Part shown: positions 21,209 to 31,757 of the stretch, in pieces
Layout: the number at the start of each line of letters is the position of its first letter
Position numbering within the stretch: the first letter of the stretch is position 1
Origin: a virus
Taxonomy: Duplodnaviria; Caudoviricetes
IMG/VR virus record: IMGVR_UViG_3300004369_000015
Coordinates: 1 to 62,151 of that record
DNA: 62,151 nucleotides
Strand: one strand, 5' to 3'
Position numbers and translations under genes: made by a program
Notes under the pieces: model-generated
Told to the model about the DNA's origin: nothing
Databases searched by the model: none
Seen by the model: the letters and a program-made list of their open reading frames with translations, nothing else

Positions 21209-22657
21209 TTATTCAGCGAACAAGAAGAAGTTGTTAGCACCTAAAGTACATACGGCTCTCTCTGACAAGAAGTGTACTTCCATAGCGTCAAGGTCGCTAT
21301 TCATAGCACCACCTGCAGAACCTGTAATCCAAGTCTTGTAACGTCTGTCTTCTGCTTCAGAAGCACGGTAACGAACGTGCAAGAAAGGACGCTTAGCGTT
21401 CTTACCAAGGATTTGGTCATAAACGGTAGTAGAACCCGCAGGAACCAACAAACCATTTACACGACCTGAACCTGCACCTGCAGGAAGACCACCACGCATA
21501 GTTGGGTCATTCAAGTATTTCCAATCAGACTTGTAGAAGTCATAACCTCTGCGGAAACCTGAGAATCCAAGGTTCAAAGCCATATCCTTATCGTTGTCGA
21601 ACAAACCGAAAGAAGCGAAGTTTGCAGCACCCGTAGAAGAGTAACCATTCAAACCTGCCAACATATCGTCAATGTCGAAAGAGAAGTCACGGTCAACGAA
21701 CAACACGTTCTCTTCGATAGCACCTTGCTTGTCAAGACGAGCGACAACAGTGTCGAACTCAGTCAAGGAAGCAGGGTTACCACCACCCCAAACGTTACCA
21801 CGGTTAGCAACAACGTAGAAGATACCTTCAGAACCTTTGTTACCACCATCAGCAAAAGCAGTTTGAGTAGCAGCACCTGAACCATTTTCAGCAGGAACTG
21901 CTTCAATCATTGCAGTCTCCAAGTAGTCATCGAAACGCAAACGAGTCTCGTGCTCACTCTTCAAATACCACAAGTAACCTGCAGCACCGTTCTCAGTAGT
22001 AACTTCAACCCATCCGATTTGAGCCATATCAGAACCGCTTACTGCGTACTTGTCCTTAATGATGATAGGGCTATTCTCGAAGATAAGGTCATCAGCCTCC
22101 AAAGAGCCATCCATACCAACAGTTCCTTTTTTGAATTCAGAACCATAGATGAAAATGGTACATACTGCAGAAGAAGCAAATGCTTGACCTGCTGCCTCGT
22201 AGTAAGCGATGTCGATAGTACCTGCTGCAACGTCTACATCAGTAACGATTGCTTTGTTAGAACCCGAACCTGCGTTATCAGAAATCATAACCGTCTGTCC
22301 TTTACGGATAGCGATACCTGACCCTGAAGAAGGAGTAGGTACAAGAACGTCATTGATAGTCACAGTTGCGGTGATGTCACCTGCAGCACCTGCGCTACCA
22401 CAATTTACGTATTTGGTGTGCAAACGACCTTGCTCTGCCCATTTGATAAGGTCAGAGTTAGAGGGCATTTCTGCACCTACCATACGTAAGAAAGAAGAAA
22501 TAGTGCGATTACCATAACGCTCAAACTCTTTCTCGTAAGTATCAGGAAGATACTGATTCAAGAAGTCGAAGTTAGAGATATAGTTAGTCGCCATTGGGAC
22601 TTGCTGAGCACTTGGCTGCAATGCAAATCCGGGAGTTGGTTTAACTGAACCTGCCAT
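21209..22657 (-). CDS. Major capsid protein
   Basis: 482 aa, follows portal and scaffold, strong codon bias, own terminator. Confidence 0.8.
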   Translation of the reverse strand: MAGSVKPTPGFALQPSAQQVPMATNYISNFDFLNQYLPDTYEKEFERYGNRTISSFLRMVGAEMPSNSDLIKWAEQGRLHTKYVNCGSAGAAGDITATVTINDVLVPTPSSGSGIAIRKGQTVMISDNAGSGSNKAIVTDVDVAAGTIDIAYYEAAGQAFASSAVCTIFIYGSEFKKGTVGMDGSLEADDLIFENSPIIIKDKYAVSGSDMAQIGWVEVTTENGAAGYLWYLKSEHETRLRFDDYLETAMIEAVPAENGSGAATQTAFADGGNKGSEGIFYVVANRGNVWGGGNPASLTEFDTVVARLDKQGAIEENVLFVDRDFSFDIDDMLAGLNGYSSTGAANFASFGLFDNDKDMALNLGFSGFRRGYDFYKSDWKYLNDPTMRGGLPAGAGSGRVNGLLVPAGSTTVYDQILGKNAKRPFLHVRYRASEAEDRRYKTWITGSAGGAMNSDLDAMEVHFLSERAVCTLGANNFFLFAE

Positions 22658-22688
22658 TTTTTTGTCTTTTTAAACTTTTGAACTTTTT

Positions 22689-23798
22689 TTATTTTCTACT
22701 TTTTATTCTGAGACCACGACCTGAGTCGTCATTTACAGAACGAATCTTCATTCCTCCCGTAGAAGTAACCTCGGGTGCTTTGCGTACATCCATATCAATG
22801 TTCTTGGTTTTACGCATTACATCATCAGTCGCCTCTGCTTTGCCCTGCTCGTAGAAAAACTTGGCAAACTTTTCGGGATTCATTGCGATGGCTAAAGACC
22901 TGTGGTAACCTACTGCATCCTTCATAAGACCATCATCATCCAAGAACTTTTTAATAAAGTTCTGAGGTGTTGACTGAATCTTCTTCAGTTCAGTAGAATC
23001 GCCCGGAGAAAAAGTAACCTTCTTGTCTTCGCCTAACGTGAACTCAAAACCTTTGAACTCACTACTAAAGACCTCGTCAGTTTTTTGCATAAACCAATCA
23101 GTTTTACGCTTTGCTTCTTCTTCGTAGGTTGTAGCCTGTTGCATATATTCTCTATAGTCATCGAGTGCTTTCTGTTCATCGGCAGAGATAGAACTCCCTC
23201 TCGACTCGAGGGGAACTCTGTACTTCTCTTTCTCTGATTCGAAATACTCTTTGGCTTTAGCGATAGCCTTTTTATAGCGCAACTTTGCTTTCTTGACATC
23301 TGACTCATCGTCCAACTCCTCGTCCCACGAGTAGTCTTCCATCATCATATTGATGTCGTCATCATCAAGACCTTTCTCAGTTGCTCTCAAATACTCACGC
23401 AACAATGCTTCGGGCTTCTCTTCGTCAAAGTTTTTATTCAACTTAACAAAGTCATCAAACCCACGGCCTGTTTCTTTTTTGTATTTGAGGTAAGCAGACA
23501 CATCTTCGGGAAGTGGTTCTGACTCTTGACGAGCCTGAAACAAATCATCCACGGATGTAATCTCCTTGTTATACTTGTTTTTAATAAATGAAAGAACGTC
23601 TTCCTCGCTCATCGGTTGAGGTTGTGAATCCTCTTCGACTTGCTCGTCAACCTTTGGGTTTACTTCTTGTTTAGTTTCGTCAACCTTTGGGTTTACTTCT
23701 TCGTTGTTGTGTTGTGCTTCGTGCTTGTCAAGAAGTTCCTGCTCAACTTGTTGAACACTCTTCTCCTCAACTCCTACTTCTCTAACTTTGATTTCCAT
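22689..23798 (-). CDS. Capsid scaffolding protein
   Basis: Very acidic and helical; between portal and capsid. Confidence 0.7.
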   Translation of the reverse strand: MEIKVREVGVEEKSVQQVEQELLDKHEAQHNNEEVNPKVDETKQEVNPKVDEQVEEDSQPQPMSEEDVLSFIKNKYNKEITSVDDLFQARQESEPLPEDVSAYLKYKKETGRGFDDFVKLNKNFDEEKPEALLREYLRATEKGLDDDDINMMMEDYSWDEELDDESDVKKAKLRYKKAIAKAKEYFESEKEKYRVPLESRGSSISADEQKALDDYREYMQQATTYEEEAKRKTDWFMQKTDEVFSSEFKGFEFTLGEDKKVTFSPGDSTELKKIQSTPQNFIKKFLDDDGLMKDAVGYHRSLAIAMNPEKFAKFFYEQGKAEATDDVMRKTKNIDMDVRKAPEVTSTGGMKIRSVNDDSGRGLRIKSRK

Positions 23799-23814
23799 AA
23801 GATTATAGTTTTTG

Positions 23815-23822
23815 CAAATTTA
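23815..23822 (-). promoter_or_regulatory. -7 promoter element TAAATTTG
   Basis: TAnnTTTG upstream of scaffold/capsid. Confidence 0.6.
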
Positions 23823-23854
23823 ATATAAATAATTTATTGGTTTTTTAGACGTGA

Positions 23855-26290
23855 TTAACGTGGGGAGAACTCGGCCAAGTCGAACCCATCCAAACTATCT
23901 TCGTTAGATTCGAAGGTCATTGGTGGCAAGTTGTTCTTGCGTTGGTTAATCAACTTAGATTGCTCGGTGTTTTGTTGGCTTATCCTTTTCTCCTTTGCAA
24001 CTTCACGTGCGCTTTCTCTTTTTGATAGGGCCTGACCATTCATCCTTGCAATCTCCATAGTGTAGTTGAACTCTTCAGCCATCAACTGCGATTTCAATTG
24101 CGCTTCACCCTTCATCTTCTCTAACTCTAACTGAATCTCAGCCTGTTTGATTTGCATCTTAGCCTGAGTTTCTGCCTGAAGTTTCTGCATAGCAGCCTGA
24201 GCAGCCATCTGCTGAGATTGCATCTGAGCCTGTTGTTGCTGCATCTGCATCTCCATCTGAACCTTCTGCTCTCTTTCCTGCTTGGCTTTACGCTTGACCT
24301 TTAGTAACTGATTAGCAAGTTTGATATTCTTAATCTCTCTGATATCAATCGCATCCTCAAGGTTAATGTCTTGCTTAGACAATGCCATCTGAATGTTGGC
24401 TTCGAGTTGAGCCTTCTGCTCTTCATCAGGTGATACCTCAATGAAGATACCGAAGTCATAGATATATAAGTCAGATATCTCGTGAAGAATGCTGACGTTA
24501 TACTTTCCAATCTTGTTTGCGAAGTCATCTTTAAAGTCTGCGTACTCGAGAATGTCAGCAACTCTATAAGACAATCCTTCTGATATGGTCTTGAACATAT
24601 GCAAACTTCCGTCAAGGATATGTCTCGTTGCGGTGTTTGAATTAAGGGCAGCCAACTTCTGAATACCAACTAATGAGTTAGGGTCAGGGGTACTACCATC
24701 ACGTGCCTCATTAAGCCCCGTTACTGAACGAATCATATCAAGGTAGTGGTTGTAGTTACCAATAAGCATCTGCGTCTTCGCTGCACCTGAGTTAGAGTTT
24801 AACTGAGTAATAGGAACTCGTGCGTTGTTGAACTCACCATCCTGAGTATAAGACCTACCAATAACAGAACCTGTTTGGAAGTATAAACGCAATGCGTCCT
24901 CAGGATTATATGCGGAACCCGTACCAAGGTCAACCTCGTTTAATCCATCTGCATCGATGAATACACCATCAGGCACAACACGTGAAATAACCTGCTGCAA
25001 CTTTAGGTGTGTAATTTGAATGAGGTCAGCGAAAGGAATCATACGTCTAACCAAAGACTCGATTACTCCCTTGTACATTCTTGGTGCTACCGCTACGTAG
25101 TTAGGGATAGCGTGTTGAGATGCCGACTTTGGTCTAACCATATTCTTAGCCATCTCCCACTTGAGTACATAGTTTGTACCCATTACCATAATACCATCGT
25201 ACCATACATCAATGGTCTTCTCGACTTTTTCGAAGTGGCCCTCCTCCATCATTTCTGTTGGTGGGTTGAACTCGTCATCCTTCTCAATCATCTTCATACC
25301 ACCACCTTCTGCCATCTTCTTCTTGTATACAAACTTCTTTGTACTCTTGTAGTTGTAGTATAGCAGGGTTACAGTATCACGATAGAATATATCGTTATCA
25401 TAGAACTGAGCAACGTTGAAGTAGTCATACCAACTCTGAGACATCTTGGAGATTTCTTCCATCTGCTCGTTAGTAATAGTTGGGTCAATCTTCTTTAACT
25501 CAGTAATGGGCACGGTCTTAACCTCACCCCAATAAAAACAATCCTTGAAGTAGGGGTCTTCTGTATAACTATATACAACGTTCGCAGGGTCTACATAAGA
25601 AACTTTGACACCCGCACCTTTTAAGAATTCGTGCTTCCCTACTGCTATCCCCAATACAGTAAGGTCATAATCATACCGCTTACGCAGTTCAACATACTTG
25701 TTCTCTTCAAGGATTGTATTAATTGCTTCCTCCTCTGCAATCTCAATTGCAGGTTTATAGTTGAGTTGCATATACAACGTCAACTCCTCATCGTTCTGAG
25801 GGAGGTCGTTAGGCTCCATAATAAATGGATTAGCCCCTGTCTTTTGCTGAACTTTTTGTAGAATTGGCTTAGCGACCATTTGGCCCTCAACCATATCTTG
25901 ATACTTGCTTCTCTTTGCTTGAGACATTGCGTCTTGCGCATATGCCTTTACCTTGAAAAGTCTGTCAGACATTCCGTTAACAACGATATCCACAAACTTT
26001 GGAAGGATGGGTACAGGAGTCCAATCTAAGTTAAGATATGACAAGTCCCCATCAATGGCTAATTCGTTTTTGTATTTGCCAATAGGCTGCTCACCTCGAG
26101 CATATAGTCTCAGTCTATGGAAGTTTCTCCATTGGTCGTAGAACCGACACTGATTTCCGTCTTTTTTAAACCACTCATACTGAATGGCTTGGCCAACCTG
26201 AAGACCAAATTCTTCAGACGCTTTCTCTTTATCTGAAACAAATTGACTTGGGAAACCTGTCGATGTTATGCTTACCTTAACATCTTTCAT
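23855..26290 (-). CDS. Portal protein
   Basis: 811 aa directly after terminase; Q/M-rich C-terminal coiled coil. Confidence 0.8.
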   Translation of the reverse strand: MKDVKVSITSTGFPSQFVSDKEKASEEFGLQVGQAIQYEWFKKDGNQCRFYDQWRNFHRLRLYARGEQPIGKYKNELAIDGDLSYLNLDWTPVPILPKFVDIVVNGMSDRLFKVKAYAQDAMSQAKRSKYQDMVEGQMVAKPILQKVQQKTGANPFIMEPNDLPQNDEELTLYMQLNYKPAIEIAEEEAINTILEENKYVELRKRYDYDLTVLGIAVGKHEFLKGAGVKVSYVDPANVVYSYTEDPYFKDCFYWGEVKTVPITELKKIDPTITNEQMEEISKMSQSWYDYFNVAQFYDNDIFYRDTVTLLYYNYKSTKKFVYKKKMAEGGGMKMIEKDDEFNPPTEMMEEGHFEKVEKTIDVWYDGIMVMGTNYVLKWEMAKNMVRPKSASQHAIPNYVAVAPRMYKGVIESLVRRMIPFADLIQITHLKLQQVISRVVPDGVFIDADGLNEVDLGTGSAYNPEDALRLYFQTGSVIGRSYTQDGEFNNARVPITQLNSNSGAAKTQMLIGNYNHYLDMIRSVTGLNEARDGSTPDPNSLVGIQKLAALNSNTATRHILDGSLHMFKTISEGLSYRVADILEYADFKDDFANKIGKYNVSILHEISDLYIYDFGIFIEVSPDEEQKAQLEANIQMALSKQDINLEDAIDIREIKNIKLANQLLKVKRKAKQEREQKVQMEMQMQQQQAQMQSQQMAAQAAMQKLQAETQAKMQIKQAEIQLELEKMKGEAQLKSQLMAEEFNYTMEIARMNGQALSKRESAREVAKEKRISQQNTEQSKLINQRKNNLPPMTFESNEDSLDGFDLAEFSPR

Positions 26291-28539
26291 CTAATAATTT
26301 CGCTAATTGTTCCTCTGTTATTATACCTTGCAAAGTTAATGTTTATTTTTGACTGTTTTTTTTCAGGCTGATAGAGGTGCTTCTGACAAGCCATAATCGC
26401 CAAGCCCGAACTAATCGATGCGTCAAACTTAGTTCTGTTGGTAATATCAAACTTTGCCCAATCCTCTAATGTTCTCGTAAAAGGCATTGACCCCATCTCA
26501 TCTGCGTCTCGATAGGTGGCATCTAAATCCATACCAACGTACTTCTCAATATAAGATTCAATTGCTGAGGCGTGTGCTTGTTTCACATCCTCACTTGAGT
26601 TCGGAATACCTCCGAGTTCACGCTCAGTTTTTGACAACTTAGTGTAATGTTTGTCAGGTCTATTCATACAGAATCCCCTGTAACCTCTATTCTTAAAATG
26701 GTATAACAATCTCGGCTTGTTGTTCTCAATCAAGATTGGCATACCGTAGAATACACAGGCCATAAGAACCTCTTCGTAGAATATCTCAGCAGTCTGTGGT
26801 CTCGCAATATACTCTAAGAAAAACTCGTTACTTGGAGCGTCATCCATATTGAACATAGTCAGTCCGTGAAGTGCTCCATTAGAACCACCACCCCCGACTA
26901 CACCCGAGATGTCATAGGAGTCACAACCGAACGCACCAATGTGGTCATTGGCGGGGTACTTGAATCCACTCTTCAGTAACACCCTGTTCTGCAGTGCGGG
27001 GCCGGGAGTCCACGATACTAAGAACCTCCCTCTCTTGTCGGGACTAAAGATTACTTTAGTATCCTTGATGCCATCTTTCCAATAGAATGAACCACGAGTT
27101 AAGTGATGCTCTTGTATAAGTGTGTCGTTGTAATCTATCTGCTGATATATCTTAGTTAGGTTGAAAATAGATGCCTTGCTCTCATCACGGAATGCGTGTG
27201 ACTCAGTTCGTGGGAACTGACGATAGTATTCGTTCAGTGCATCTGCATCGCTCTTTAGTGACGCAACTTCAGCCTCCCAATAATCAATAGCCCCCTGATG
27301 GATATATCCACCATCAACACCCAATATGGGCTTATCGGTGGTTTTTCGCATCACGGGGTGACCATATCTATCAATGAATCCCTCCATATTCCATTCCATC
27401 GGAACGAATAGCGCATACATACCACTCTTAGTCTGACCGTTCGCATTGCGCTTAGTGACATCTGAATCATAGTATAGACCCTTGAAGTTATCTCCACCTT
27501 TATCAAGTGCGTTCGATGTAGAACCCATCATACACTTGCCAATAATCTTGCTACCCAAACGTAGACAAGTCTTTGTTACACGCCAATTGTTTAGGATGTT
27601 GTTAGGCTTAATCCATTTTCCGCTTTCATCGTGTACGAGTAGTAGTAATTTTTCACCATCATAAGAGTTATCGTCAGTATTCTTCCAATCGATTGTGGTA
27701 TCCAAGCCTTCAATCTGCTCTTCATCCACATCGAACATATTCTTTTTTGTAATCTTGGATGCAGGTACACGATAGGCCAACTCTGTCTTTGGCCTATCCA
27801 TACCATCCATAATGGGCCTGAAGAAGAACGGGAGTCTACTATTGATTGGCACAACCTTATCAGTAAACATCTTCTTAGCGTCACTACCTGTCTTAGACAG
27901 GATACCAACCCTCGCATCCTTTGCAAGAGTTGCGGTATGCACACACTCCGAAGAAGACATAAAAGAAAATCCTGAACGTCTAATCTTCAGGTACACCATT
28001 CCAAACGAACGGGTGTCTGCTTTACAGGCTTCCCAAAAAAGAAACAGGATTCTATTTGCCTCACGGTAGTCAGGGTATCCAACGTCAATACTTGTCCACT
28101 GAAGGTACATATAATGCGACCCCGTGATGTACGTGGGCACTCCATTATTCATAAACCAACAACCATCTTCACGGTAGTCAAACTCCTTCTCAATGTAATC
28201 TACCCACCTGTTCTTAAACTCGGTAGGCTTCTCGTTCCATTGGAAGATTGACTGAATGCGTGACAACTCAGTAGGGAGTTCACGTCTTTCCCAATATTGT
28301 TCTTCTGCTTTTTTGTGTCTTTGAAGACACTCTTTAGGTGCGATTGGTAATCCAATCTTTAGATTTTGAATCTCAATAACATCACCTAATGTTCCATCCT
28401 TAGATATTACTACAAGGTCATAGTCAGGGTTATACCCATACTTCCAACTCTTTGCTTTGTTCTTGTTGGTAAGTACAGATTTCTGTACGTAATCAGGTAC
28501 AACTCTGTGTAGTTCTTTATTTTGACCTTCTTTCAGCAA
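26287..28539 (-). CDS. terL: Terminase large subunit
   Basis: KIRRSGFS Walker A, LLVHDESGK Walker B, GSTSN motif III, GCDSYD and IENN nuclease motifs; start codon uncertain. Confidence 0.9.
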   Translation of the reverse strand: MLKEGQNKELHRVVPDYVQKSVLTNKNKAKSWKYGYNPDYDLVVISKDGTLGDVIEIQNLKIGLPIAPKECLQRHKKAEEQYWERRELPTELSRIQSIFQWNEKPTEFKNRWVDYIEKEFDYREDGCWFMNNGVPTYITGSHYMYLQWTSIDVGYPDYREANRILFLFWEACKADTRSFGMVYLKIRRSGFSFMSSSECVHTATLAKDARVGILSKTGSDAKKMFTDKVVPINSRLPFFFRPIMDGMDRPKTELAYRVPASKITKKNMFDVDEEQIEGLDTTIDWKNTDDNSYDGEKLLLLVHDESGKWIKPNNILNNWRVTKTCLRLGSKIIGKCMMGSTSNALDKGGDNFKGLYYDSDVTKRNANGQTKSGMYALFVPMEWNMEGFIDRYGHPVMRKTTDKPILGVDGGYIHQGAIDYWEAEVASLKSDADALNEYYRQFPRTESHAFRDESKASIFNLTKIYQQIDYNDTLIQEHHLTRGSFYWKDGIKDTKVIFSPDKRGRFLVSWTPGPALQNRVLLKSGFKYPANDHIGAFGCDSYDISGVVGGGGSNGALHGLTMFNMDDAPSNEFFLEYIARPQTAEIFYEEVLMACVFYGMPILIENNKPRLLYHFKNRGYRGFCMNRPDKHYTKLSKTERELGGIPNSSEDVKQAHASAIESYIEKYVGMDLDATYRDADEMGSMPFTRTLEDWAKFDITNRTKFDASISSGLAIMACQKHLYQPEKKQSKININFARYNNRGTISEIIR
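28315..28330. repeat. 16-bp palindrome GTGTC-TTTGAA-GACAC (inside terL)
   Basis: Read directly. Confidence 0.9.
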
Positions 28540-28804
28540 AACCTTGTTTCGTATCTACTTTAGTATTAGACCCACGTTCCATCATTTCTATTGCCTCACG
28601 CTCTGCTTCAATGCGATTTAATATTTCAAACGCATCAAAGATTGCCAACTTCTTTGTGGCTGCTGCGTTCTTTAATCTATCTGCAGACAAATCATCCCCG
28701 GGGTCGTGCTTGATGATTTGCTCCTTAGCAACCTTTATAAGTTGTTCAACTGCTCGGTGTCCCGCTTCGATTATTTTTAATTTTACTTCTTTAGTTGAAC
28801 TCAT
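28517..28804 (-). CDS. Putative terminase small subunit
   Basis: Helical 95-aa ORF overlapping the terL start. Confidence 0.5.
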   Translation of the reverse strand: MSSTKEVKLKIIEAGHRAVEQLIKVAKEQIIKHDPGDDLSADRLKNAAATKKLAIFDAFEILNRIEAEREAIEMMERGSNTKVDTKQGFAERRSK

Positions 28805-29277
28805 CCTTTAAATTTTAAAAACATAACTTGAACTAATCTTGAACCTTCTCCATACCCAAAGTTCTCCTTTATGTTCCTTGAGTGCCTTACGTCAGAATCA
28901 AACATAAACACGCTATTGTAACGTGCCTTGTGAATTAATATAGGCTCATCGTTATCGTCATACAACGTTGTTCCATAACCCTCAGGGTATTCTTTATTCA
29001 AATACAATATAAGGGTTTTATGCCCGTGCATCTCATCACTATGGATGAAGTTTGGTTCTTCCTGATTCAGTGGAGACTTCCTCACGAAGTTCATCTCAAC
29101 AGAATACTGAGGGAACGTGGAGGTTACTATTGAACTAAGCCTATCTGTAGACCTTGGTTGTATACCCTTAAATACCGTGTCATCTCCATCAGGTACGTCC
29201 ATAAAAAATCCATCGAGAATCTCTTTCACGTATTCATCAGGGTCACTTAAAACATCGTGCCAAAGAAAGTTCATCAT
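28801..29277 (-). CDS. 2OG-Fe(II) oxygenase
   Basis: HxD (IHSD), LYLN, GT.LY, distal H (RHSR) and R (RLVQV). Confidence 0.75.
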   Translation of the reverse strand: MMNFLWHDVLSDPDEYVKEILDGFFMDVPDGDDTVFKGIQPRSTDRLSSIVTSTFPQYSVEMNFVRKSPLNQEEPNFIHSDEMHGHKTLILYLNKEYPEGYGTTLYDDNDEPILIHKARYNSVFMFDSDVRHSRNIKENFGYGEGSRLVQVMFLKFKG

Positions 29278-29837
29278 AGCGTCATTGTTATTTGGTGGTC
29301 AAATACCCTGTACAACCTATCTCCGTCCACGTTAAACTCATATTCACTGTCAGGGGTAAAGGCAACCTTGTCACCTGATTTAACGCCCTTAGAAAGCAAG
29401 TATCCGTTTGGATACACCATCTGCCCCATAAGAGGCTCGTTGCTAAATGGCTTGTATATATATGAGTCTTCTACGGGAATTGGTCTCACGAAGCAATACC
29501 TATCGTGTGCGTTCCACTGTGTACCATTATGGTACATATAAAATTGGTCAGCCTCTATAAAGAACAGGTCATCACGGAAGAAACTTTTACCGCTTCTTCT
29601 GCGACCCTTCATATCGTTATAGAACTTGAATACGTTGTGGTGTACAAGTAGTGTGTCGCCCTTTTTTATTGGGCCATCATAACCTAACGGGAGTTCGTGC
29701 ACTATCGCTTTTCGATTCGCGAATCGAAAATCTTCCTCTGATGTACTTACGATTACCTCTTGCCCGTCCCAATCAACGGTGTTGTCGTATCGCTTCCCGC
29801 CTTTATGACTCACTATGAAGTAGAATGGAGACCTCAT
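29274..29837 (-). CDS. GroES-like co-chaperonin, apparently two-domain
   Basis: Two IKKGD/VKSGD GroES-type motifs. Confidence 0.55.
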   Translation of the reverse strand: MRSPFYFIVSHKGGKRYDNTVDWDGQEVIVSTSEEDFRFANRKAIVHELPLGYDGPIKKGDTLLVHHNVFKFYNDMKGRRRSGKSFFRDDLFFIEADQFYMYHNGTQWNAHDRYCFVRPIPVEDSYIYKPFSNEPLMGQMVYPNGYLLSKGVKSGDKVAFTPDSEYEFNVDGDRLYRVFDHQITMTL

Positions 29838-29877
29838 TTATTGTTTTTTGAACGATAACCAATGTGGTTTTGAACGA

Positions 29878-30060
29878 TTATGAGCCACAACCCTCGCACT
29901 CAAAGTACGAGTCCATTGGTTTCACTCCGTTTAATTTCATTTGAATATTATGGATTCTGTCGGCAAGTGCCATCTGCTCTCCGAAATCACTTGTCTCGGA
30001 TTTTTGCTGCATAAGTTCTTCGACCTCTTTTTTGAGGTTAATCATATCTTGTTCAGTCAT
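29878..30060 (-). CDS. Small protein with C-terminal CxxCGS
   Basis: ORF track, with the start moved to MTEQD. Confidence 0.6.
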   Translation of the reverse strand: MTEQDMINLKKEVEELMQQKSETSDFGEQMALADRIHNIQMKLNGVKPMDSYFECEGCGS

Positions 30061-30061
30061 A

Positions 30062-30286
30062 TTAAAAGTTGATATTATATTCAATTGATACGGGCATTGT
30101 GTGAGTAAATTCCTTCCACAATACTACCTCATCATTTGACTCAATCCAAATCTTAATAGATTCCTTTTCAGAATCATACCTAATCAAGTGAATCTTATGT
30201 GTTCCATTAAGAATCTCTTGCCCTACTATATAATGCATTGCGCCCGACTTGTAGTCAGGCCCAATGGAGATTTTTCTTATGTCCAT
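30062..30286 (-). CDS. Conserved hypothetical protein
   Basis: MDIRKISIGPDYK...MHYIVGQ; tightly packed in the operon. Confidence 0.7.
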   Translation of the reverse strand: MDIRKISIGPDYKSGAMHYIVGQEILNGTHKIHLIRYDSEKESIKIWIESNDEVVLWKEFTHTMPVSIEYNINF

Positions 30287-30298
30287 TTTATTATATTA

Positions 30299-31456
30299 TT
30301 ACGCCAACTTCCAAACCTGAACGTGTGCGGTTGGGACTGTTGACCAAGTTCCTCCTCCTACAACGTGGCTATACAAACCTCCATCATTGATTCCATTTGA
30401 GTCTCTCATAATCTCAAATGTCAATTCAAATGGCAGACTACCAACGTTAACAGGAATGCTTAAGTCATATGGCTGCACCTCATTGGGCTTATCTAACTCT
30501 ACCACTCTTGTGATACCCGCTTGTGTGCCATTAACTAATGCTCTATATAAGATTATAGCAACTCCACCCGAAGCACCTTGTCTCTCCATATTACCAAACC
30601 CATTTACAATGTAAGAGCCTGTTTGGTTAAATTCGATAACACCCGAACCGTCAATCATAACGGGGTCTGTTCCTGTGCCCTGTGCTGCACCAAACTCAAC
30701 CTGCATAGGAATAAGTTGACCTGATGGCAGTTGGCTTGTTGCAGTAGATGTTGCATCAAGAACCATCGTCAAAGAAGGAACGGTTACAACAGGAGCGTCA
30801 ATCCATTTTACGTCAGCCCCCGTAGAGGAAAGGATTTGACCTGCAGTTCCTACTGATGAGTAGTGGTCTTCTAATGGGCCATCAAGTCTCGTAACTCCAA
30901 CAACAGTCAAATCGTGTGATACTAATGCATCATTGTTTACTGTAAGGTTGTTGGTCTGCGCTACAGTTGAAACAACTGCTCCATTAAGGGTAATATCCTG
31001 CGTTGCGCTATTGCCCGTGTCAAGAACTGACTGAAGGTCTGCAGGGAAGGGGGGTGGGGTCTGCCACTGAACACCTGCAGTAGTGGTGTATAGGATTTGA
31101 CCTGTAGTTCCGGGCGACCCCGAGTTATCATAGACTGCGCCTTGGGCGACAATACCTTCTTCGAATACGCAGTCGCTCTTTGCAGTTACGTCTCCTGTAA
31201 AAAGGGTTGCACCATCAACAAGCAAATCGCTACCGACTGTCATATAGTCGGTAACGATAGTGCCTGTTAGTGCAATGTTTTGGGTTGCGACATTTCCACT
31301 ATCCAATACTTCCTGCAACGTAGGCGTAGGAACGAGACCTATAATATCGCCAAGCAAATAGTTCTTGGTGATTTGTTGATTCTCTGCATCCGTTCCGATT
31401 ACCTTATCATCTAACGTTGGCAGTGCGTCTATTGCATATGTACTTATCTTCCCCAT
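30299..31456 (-). CDS. Tail fibre/spike-related structural protein
   Basis: Repeated LQxVLDxGN and GTxGQIL motifs; C1q-like C-terminus. Confidence 0.6.
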   Translation of the reverse strand: MGKISTYAIDALPTLDDKVIGTDAENQQITKNYLLGDIIGLVPTPTLQEVLDSGNVATQNIALTGTIVTDYMTVGSDLLVDGATLFTGDVTAKSDCVFEEGIVAQGAVYDNSGSPGTTGQILYTTTAGVQWQTPPPFPADLQSVLDTGNSATQDITLNGAVVSTVAQTNNLTVNNDALVSHDLTVVGVTRLDGPLEDHYSSVGTAGQILSSTGADVKWIDAPVVTVPSLTMVLDATSTATSQLPSGQLIPMQVEFGAAQGTGTDPVMIDGSGVIEFNQTGSYIVNGFGNMERQGASGGVAIILYRALVNGTQAGITRVVELDKPNEVQPYDLSIPVNVGSLPFELTFEIMRDSNGINDGGLYSHVVGGGTWSTVPTAHVQVWKLA

Positions 31457-31464
31457 TGTTTTTT

Positions 31465-31707
31465 TTACTCTTTGTCGACATCCTCAATGTCCCCTGTTTG
31501 GACATTGATACGGACATCTGTTCCGTATTTTTCTACGAGCATCTTCTCGTGCTCGGTGTAAGCGTCCCTTAGTTCATCAACTTTAGCCATCAAACTCTTC
31601 TGAGTAATCACGGTGTCACCAAGTTGAATCTTGAGTGAATTGAATTCGTTAACCATTGATTGGATTACTTCCAACTCTTCTTTGGTTAGTTTTTTGGATT
31701 TTGCCAT
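31465..31707 (-). CDS. Small coiled-coil protein (fibre chaperone-like)
   Basis: LxEKYG..INxxTG ending; position in the fibre block. Confidence 0.6.
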   Translation of the reverse strand: MAKSKKLTKEELEVIQSMVNEFNSLKIQLGDTVITQKSLMAKVDELRDAYTEHEKMLVEKYGTDVRINVQTGDIEDVDKE

Positions 31708-31734
31708 TGTAATTTATTTTAGATTATACTATTG

Positions 31735-31742
31735 CAAATATA
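31735..31742 (-). promoter_or_regulatory. -7 promoter element TATATTTG
   Basis: TAnnTTTG upstream of 31707. Confidence 0.55.
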
Positions 31743-31757
31743 CGATTTTTTAAAATA

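Noticed and set aside
23644-23703. 24-bp duplication in the scaffold gene (EVNPKVDE twice)
   Set aside because: Ordinary slippage in a disordered linker, as is the QQEPV repeat at 8346-8390.
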